Sequence record: SRR20825006_252
Length of the DNA: 50,381 bases
Direction: 5' to 3' (one strand)
The stretch's first letter is position 1. Each line of letters begins with the position of its first letter. The notes beneath the pieces were generated by a model that saw nothing but the letters and a program-made list of their open reading frames with translations, was not told where the DNA came from and ran no database searches. A program made the translations under genes and the position numbers. Positions 46,881 through 50,381 of the stretch are shown here, in pieces.

Positions 46881-47629
46881 TGCAAACTGAAACCGTTCTA
46901 TCGGTCAAAGACATGACCAAACATTTCGGACCGATCAAAGCCGTCAATGGTGTCTCATTCGAGGTGAAAAAGGGCGAAATTCTGGGCCTTATTGGTCCGA
47001 ATGGCTCCGGCAAATCGACGCTGTTCAACTGTATTCTCGGACAACTGGCGCCCAGTTCGGGCACGGTTCAGATCAACGGCAAATCTGTCGCGGGCGCACA
47101 GGCGCATGATCTCAACCGGCTTGGCGTTGGCCGCACCTTCCAACAGCTTTCAGTGTTTCCACAAATGTCGGTGATCGAGAACATCATCATGGCGGGTCAA
47201 GAGCACCATGGCACGATGTTCACCCGGCTGTTCGGCAAATCGGACGCGGGGCTGACCGGCGCTGCAGAGGATATGATCGAATTCTTCCGTCTCGGGCATC
47301 TGCGCGACGAGATGGCGGGGTCCTTGTCCTATGGCCAACAAAAGCTGTTGGATGCGGCTATGGCGTTTATGGCAGGGCCGGGGTTGGTGTTGCTTGATGA
47401 GCCGGCGGGCGGGGTCAATCTGACCATGCTGCAATATCTCAAAGAGCGTTTGATCACCTACAACCGCGAACATGGCACCACCTTTGTGGTCATCGAGCAC
47501 AACATGGAATTCGTGATGTCGCTGTGCACGCGGATCATCGTGTTGGCCGAAGGCGAAATCATCGCCGAAGGCGCGCCCGAGGACATCCGCGCAAATCAAA
47601 ACGTCATCGATGCATATCTGGGAGGCTGA
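46877..47629 (+). CDS. ABC ATP-binding protein (LivG-like)
   Basis: GPNGSGKST, RTFQ, LSYGQQK, LLDEP, IEHNM, VIDAYLG. Confidence 0.93.
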   Translation: MMQTETVLSVKDMTKHFGPIKAVNGVSFEVKKGEILGLIGPNGSGKSTLFNCILGQLAPSSGTVQINGKSVAGAQAHDLNRLGVGRTFQQLSVFPQMSVIENIIMAGQEHHGTMFTRLFGKSDAGLTGAAEDMIEFFRLGHLRDEMAGSLSYGQQKLLDAAMAFMAGPGLVLLDEPAGGVNLTMLQYLKERLITYNREHGTTFVVIEHNMEFVMSLCTRIIVLAEGEIIAEGAPEDIRANQNVIDAYLGG

Positions 47630-47630
47630 C

Positions 47631-48362
47631 ATGTCGGCAATGTTGGAACTGAAAAACCTCTACGGGGGCTATGGCAAAATCACCATTCTCAATGGCACGA
47701 CATTTTCCATCCCGCGCGGTACGATCACCACGGTGATCGGCCCGAACGGGGCGGGGAAATCGACAGTGTTCAAAGCCATTTTTGGGATGCTGGATATTCA
47801 ATCCGGCTCCATCATGTTTGATGGCGAAGACGTGACGCGTTCGACGCCGAAACAGATGATCGGTCATGGCGTCACCTATGTGCCGCAGGGCCGCAATGTC
47901 ATCCCGCAGCTTTCTGTGTGGCACAATCTGGAAATGGGCGGGATCACCTCCTCCGATCAACCGAGCGTGAAACGGCGGATGGAGCTGGTCATGGATCAGT
48001 TCCCGATGCTGCGCAAATTCAAAGACCGCAAGGCGATTGAATTGTCGGGCGGACAGCAAAAACAGCTCGAAATCGCACGCTCGCTGCTGCTTGATCCGAA
48101 ACTTGTGCTGATTGATGAACCCTCGATCGGCCTGTCGCCCAATCTGGTGCAGGAGGTGTTTGAAACCCTGAAAACCCTGCGCGACGAGGGTGTGACGATC
48201 CTGATGGTCGAACAGAACGCCAAAGCCGCACTCGCGATGTCGGATGACGGGATCGTGTTGGAACTGGGACAAATGCGGATGCACGAGCGGGCCGATGTTT
48301 TGCTGGGCGATCCCAGAGTGGGCCAGCTTTTCCTTGGTGGTCACATGGAGGAGGTGGCGTAA
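47631..48362 (+). CDS. ABC ATP-binding protein (LivF-like)
   Basis: GPNGAGKST, VPQGR, LSGGQQK, IDEPSIGLSP, VEQN; RBS GGGAGG before ATG 47631. Confidence 0.93.
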   Translation: MSAMLELKNLYGGYGKITILNGTTFSIPRGTITTVIGPNGAGKSTVFKAIFGMLDIQSGSIMFDGEDVTRSTPKQMIGHGVTYVPQGRNVIPQLSVWHNLEMGGITSSDQPSVKRRMELVMDQFPMLRKFKDRKAIELSGGQQKQLEIARSLLLDPKLVLIDEPSIGLSPNLVQEVFETLKTLRDEGVTILMVEQNAKAALAMSDDGIVLELGQMRMHERADVLLGDPRVGQLFLGGHMEEVA

Positions 48363-48385
48363 TCGCCACCCCCACCTTCTTGACG

Positions 48386-49162
48386 TTATTCCGTATATCC
48401 TGGGCGGGGGACGCTCCCCATCAAGGTTTGGCTCAGCCCCCCGTCCACCACAATCTCTTGACCGTTGATATAGGACGCCCGCGCCGAGGCGAGGAAAACG
48501 GCCGTATTGGCCATGTCTTGTGCGGTGCCGATGCGCCCGGTGGGCACTCGGCGCTCGCGTGCGGCTTTGACCTCAAGATTGGCATAGAACGGCTCGGACA
48601 TCGGAGTCAGAACCAGACCGGGCGAGACCACGTTCGAGCGCACGCCCTTTGGTCCCCATTCATAGGCCAGCGCCCGCGACAACATCGCCACACCGGCCTT
48701 GCCGGGCGAATAAGCGCCCGAAAAGGGCTGCGGCTGACTGGCAGAAATCGAGGCGACATGGACCAAAGCCCCGGCGCCTTTGGAGATCATTTGTTTGCCA
48801 AAGCTCTGAGCGGTGAGGAAACAGCCATCCAAGTTGACCTTGAGCATGGCTTGCCAATCCTCAATCGCCAGATCCTCAAGCGGACCCGGGCGCAGGATAC
48901 CAGCATTGTTCACCAACACATCCGCACCGCCGAGTTTGGCGATGTGATCCGTCGCCGCCTCAACAGAGCGCAGGTCGGACACGTCACAGCCAAAGCCATA
49001 TCCTCCGACGGCATGGGCCGCCGCTTCGGCCTCCTCTGCGCGGTAATCGAGGGCCACCACCGTGGCCCCCAAGGCTTTGAATGCATCCAACATGGCGCGG
49101 CCGATCCCGCCCGATCCACCAGTGACGACGACGATTTGACCTGTGAAATCAATCCAGCTCAT
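48386..49162 (-). CDS. Classical short-chain dehydrogenase/reductase
   Basis: TGGSGGIG, LVNNAG, ASIS, YSPGK (YxxxK), VDGG. Confidence 0.93.
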   Translation of the reverse strand: MSWIDFTGQIVVVTGGSGGIGRAMLDAFKALGATVVALDYRAEEAEAAAHAVGGYGFGCDVSDLRSVEAATDHIAKLGGADVLVNNAGILRPGPLEDLAIEDWQAMLKVNLDGCFLTAQSFGKQMISKGAGALVHVASISASQPQPFSGAYSPGKAGVAMLSRALAYEWGPKGVRSNVVSPGLVLTPMSEPFYANLEVKAARERRVPTGRIGTAQDMANTAVFLASARASYINGQEIVVDGGLSQTLMGSVPRPGYTE

Positions 49163-50381
49163 TTATGCCACTCCCGCCAGATGACGGCCCGTGATATAGC
49201 CAAAAGTCAGCGCCGGGCCGAGCGTGATCCCCGCACCGGGGTAGTTGCCGCCCATGATCGAAGCGCGGTCATTGCCCACTGCGTAAAGCCCGCCAATCGG
49301 CGTGCCTTGGGTGTCGAGCACTTGGCCCTCGACGGTCGTGGCCAGCCCGTCAAATGTGCCCAGATCGCCCATGACGAGTTTGAGCGCATAAAATGGACCC
49401 TCGGTGATGGGCGCTACGCAAGGGTTCGGACCCACCTCTGGGTCTGCGAGATAGCGGTTGAAACTGGTGGCTCCACGCCCGAATTCGGGGTCCGCGCCGC
49501 GCACGGCATCCTTGTTGTAGGTGGCAATCGTCTCCGTCAGCCCTTTGACGTCTATCCCTGCGTTTCGCGCCAAATCGGCAAGCGTCTTGCCGGAGACAAG
49601 ATAGCCATTTTTCAGATAGGGCGCGAGCGGCACAGGGGCGGGTTTGGCAAAGCCAAGACCGTATTTGCGGATCGTCGGACGGTCCGCAATCAGCCAACAG
49701 GCGGTCTCTGTCTCGCCCTCGCAGGCCTTGATCATCGCGGCACCGACATCGTGATAGCTGGCACTTTCATTGGTAAAGCGTTTGCCGGATTTCAACACGC
49801 CGATGATGCCCGGTTTGTAACGGTCAATCAGATGCGGAAAGGGTTTGAACCCGGTTTTTGTGGGCACTTTCGAGACGGGCATCCAGGCGGAGGTTTCCGG
49901 GAACCGCACCTCGAACTGACCGCCGACGGTGCGGCCAAGATCAATGCCGTCGCCGGTGTTGTCTTTGGGCACGGGCGAGAGATGTTCGCCGCCGCGTTTG
50001 AGATGCGGATAGGCCTCGCGGATTTTTGCAATGTCATGGGCAAAGCCCCCTGCGGCCAAGACCACGCCTTTGCGCGCCCGCACAATCACATCGCCCATCT
50101 GACCTTTGACCTTGGCGCCGACAACCGCCCCGTGTTCGGTCAAAAGGTCCCGTGCGGGGCTGTCGGTGTAGATCGGAATGTTCAGATCAAAACAGCTTTT
50201 CGCCAAACGCGCGGCCAAGGCATTGCCCGAGGTCACATGCGTGCCGCGACCATAGCGGACCACTTCGGCGGCATGCGCGGCAAGGCGTTTGGCGACATAG
50301 GCGAAAGAGCGCACACTTTTGGTCGCGTTAAAGAAATGTTTGATGTCGGCATTCGAGGAATTGAACATCATCCCCATGAAG
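49163..50381 (-). CDS. FAD-dependent oxidoreductase, KstD-like (paralogue 3; N-terminus outside the window)
   Basis: GVVLAAGG, NTGDG, FPHLIDRYKPG, RFTNESASY, GLYAVGN, YPGAGITLGP. The N-terminal GxGxxG motif is missing, so the gene is cut by the window edge. Confidence 0.9.
   Translation of the reverse strand, partial: FMGMMFNSSNADIKHFFNATKSVRSFAYVAKRLAAHAAEVVRYGRGTHVTSGNALAARLAKSCFDLNIPIYTDSPARDLLTEHGAVVGAKVKGQMGDVIVRARKGVVLAAGGFAHDIAKIREAYPHLKRGGEHLSPVPKDNTGDGIDLGRTVGGQFEVRFPETSAWMPVSKVPTKTGFKPFPHLIDRYKPGIIGVLKSGKRFTNESASYHDVGAAMIKACEGETETACWLIADRPTIRKYGLGFAKPAPVPLAPYLKNGYLVSGKTLADLARNAGIDVKGLTETIATYNKDAVRGADPEFGRGATSFNRYLADPEVGPNPCVAPITEGPFYALKLVMGDLGTFDGLATTVEGQVLDTQGTPIGGLYAVGNDRASIMGGNYPGAGITLGPALTFGYITGRHLAGVA

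Noticed and set aside
42560-48362. Naming the ABC system livKHMGF (leucine/isoleucine/valine uptake)
   Set aside because: The family is clear, but the catabolic context suggests another ligand, so gene symbols were withheld.
1-50381. CRISPR arrays, tRNA/rRNA genes, prophage or defence genes
   Set aside because: No regularly spaced repeats, RNA-gene signatures, or phage/defence motifs were seen.

Overview
High-GC, gene-dense bacterial accessory region. The gene content and style fit a Rhodobacterales-type alphaproteobacterium (inference). No rRNA, tRNA, CRISPR or recognisable mobile element was seen. There are four blocks. (1) 0.1-15.4 kb: an acetophenone-carboxylase-like operon (apcABCDE) with a GAF/AAA+/Fis sigma54 activator, a COG0523 metallochaperone, a PAS-LuxR regulator, an SCP2-type thiolase and its own divergent rpoN paralogue. 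Two near-identical non-canonical -24/-12 promoters, each with paired 17-bp enhancer palindromes, lie upstream of apcA and the COG0523 gene. (2) 15.5-18.6 kb: two lipoprotein alpha/beta hydrolases flanking a membrane-anchored AraC regulator. (3) 18.9-33.4 kb: a putative sugar-derived small-molecule cluster with an SGNH esterase, LysR, MFS exporter, acyltransferase-3, a LysR/MFS/AKR module, a VOC protein, a Tat-exported BBE-type flavin oxidase, a WecB-like epimerase and a two-gene (split) aldos-2-ulose dehydratase/isomerase homologue. This is the most novel-looking system in the window. (4) 33.5-50.4 kb: an IclR-associated catabolic cluster of unknown substrate with three KstD-like flavoproteins, NIPSNAP, a TIM-barrel isomerase/dehydratase, Gfo/Idh/MocA, SDR and shikimate-dehydrogenase-like enzymes, and a Liv-type ABC transporter with duplicated binding proteins. 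All family calls come from motifs recognised by eye; no searches were run.
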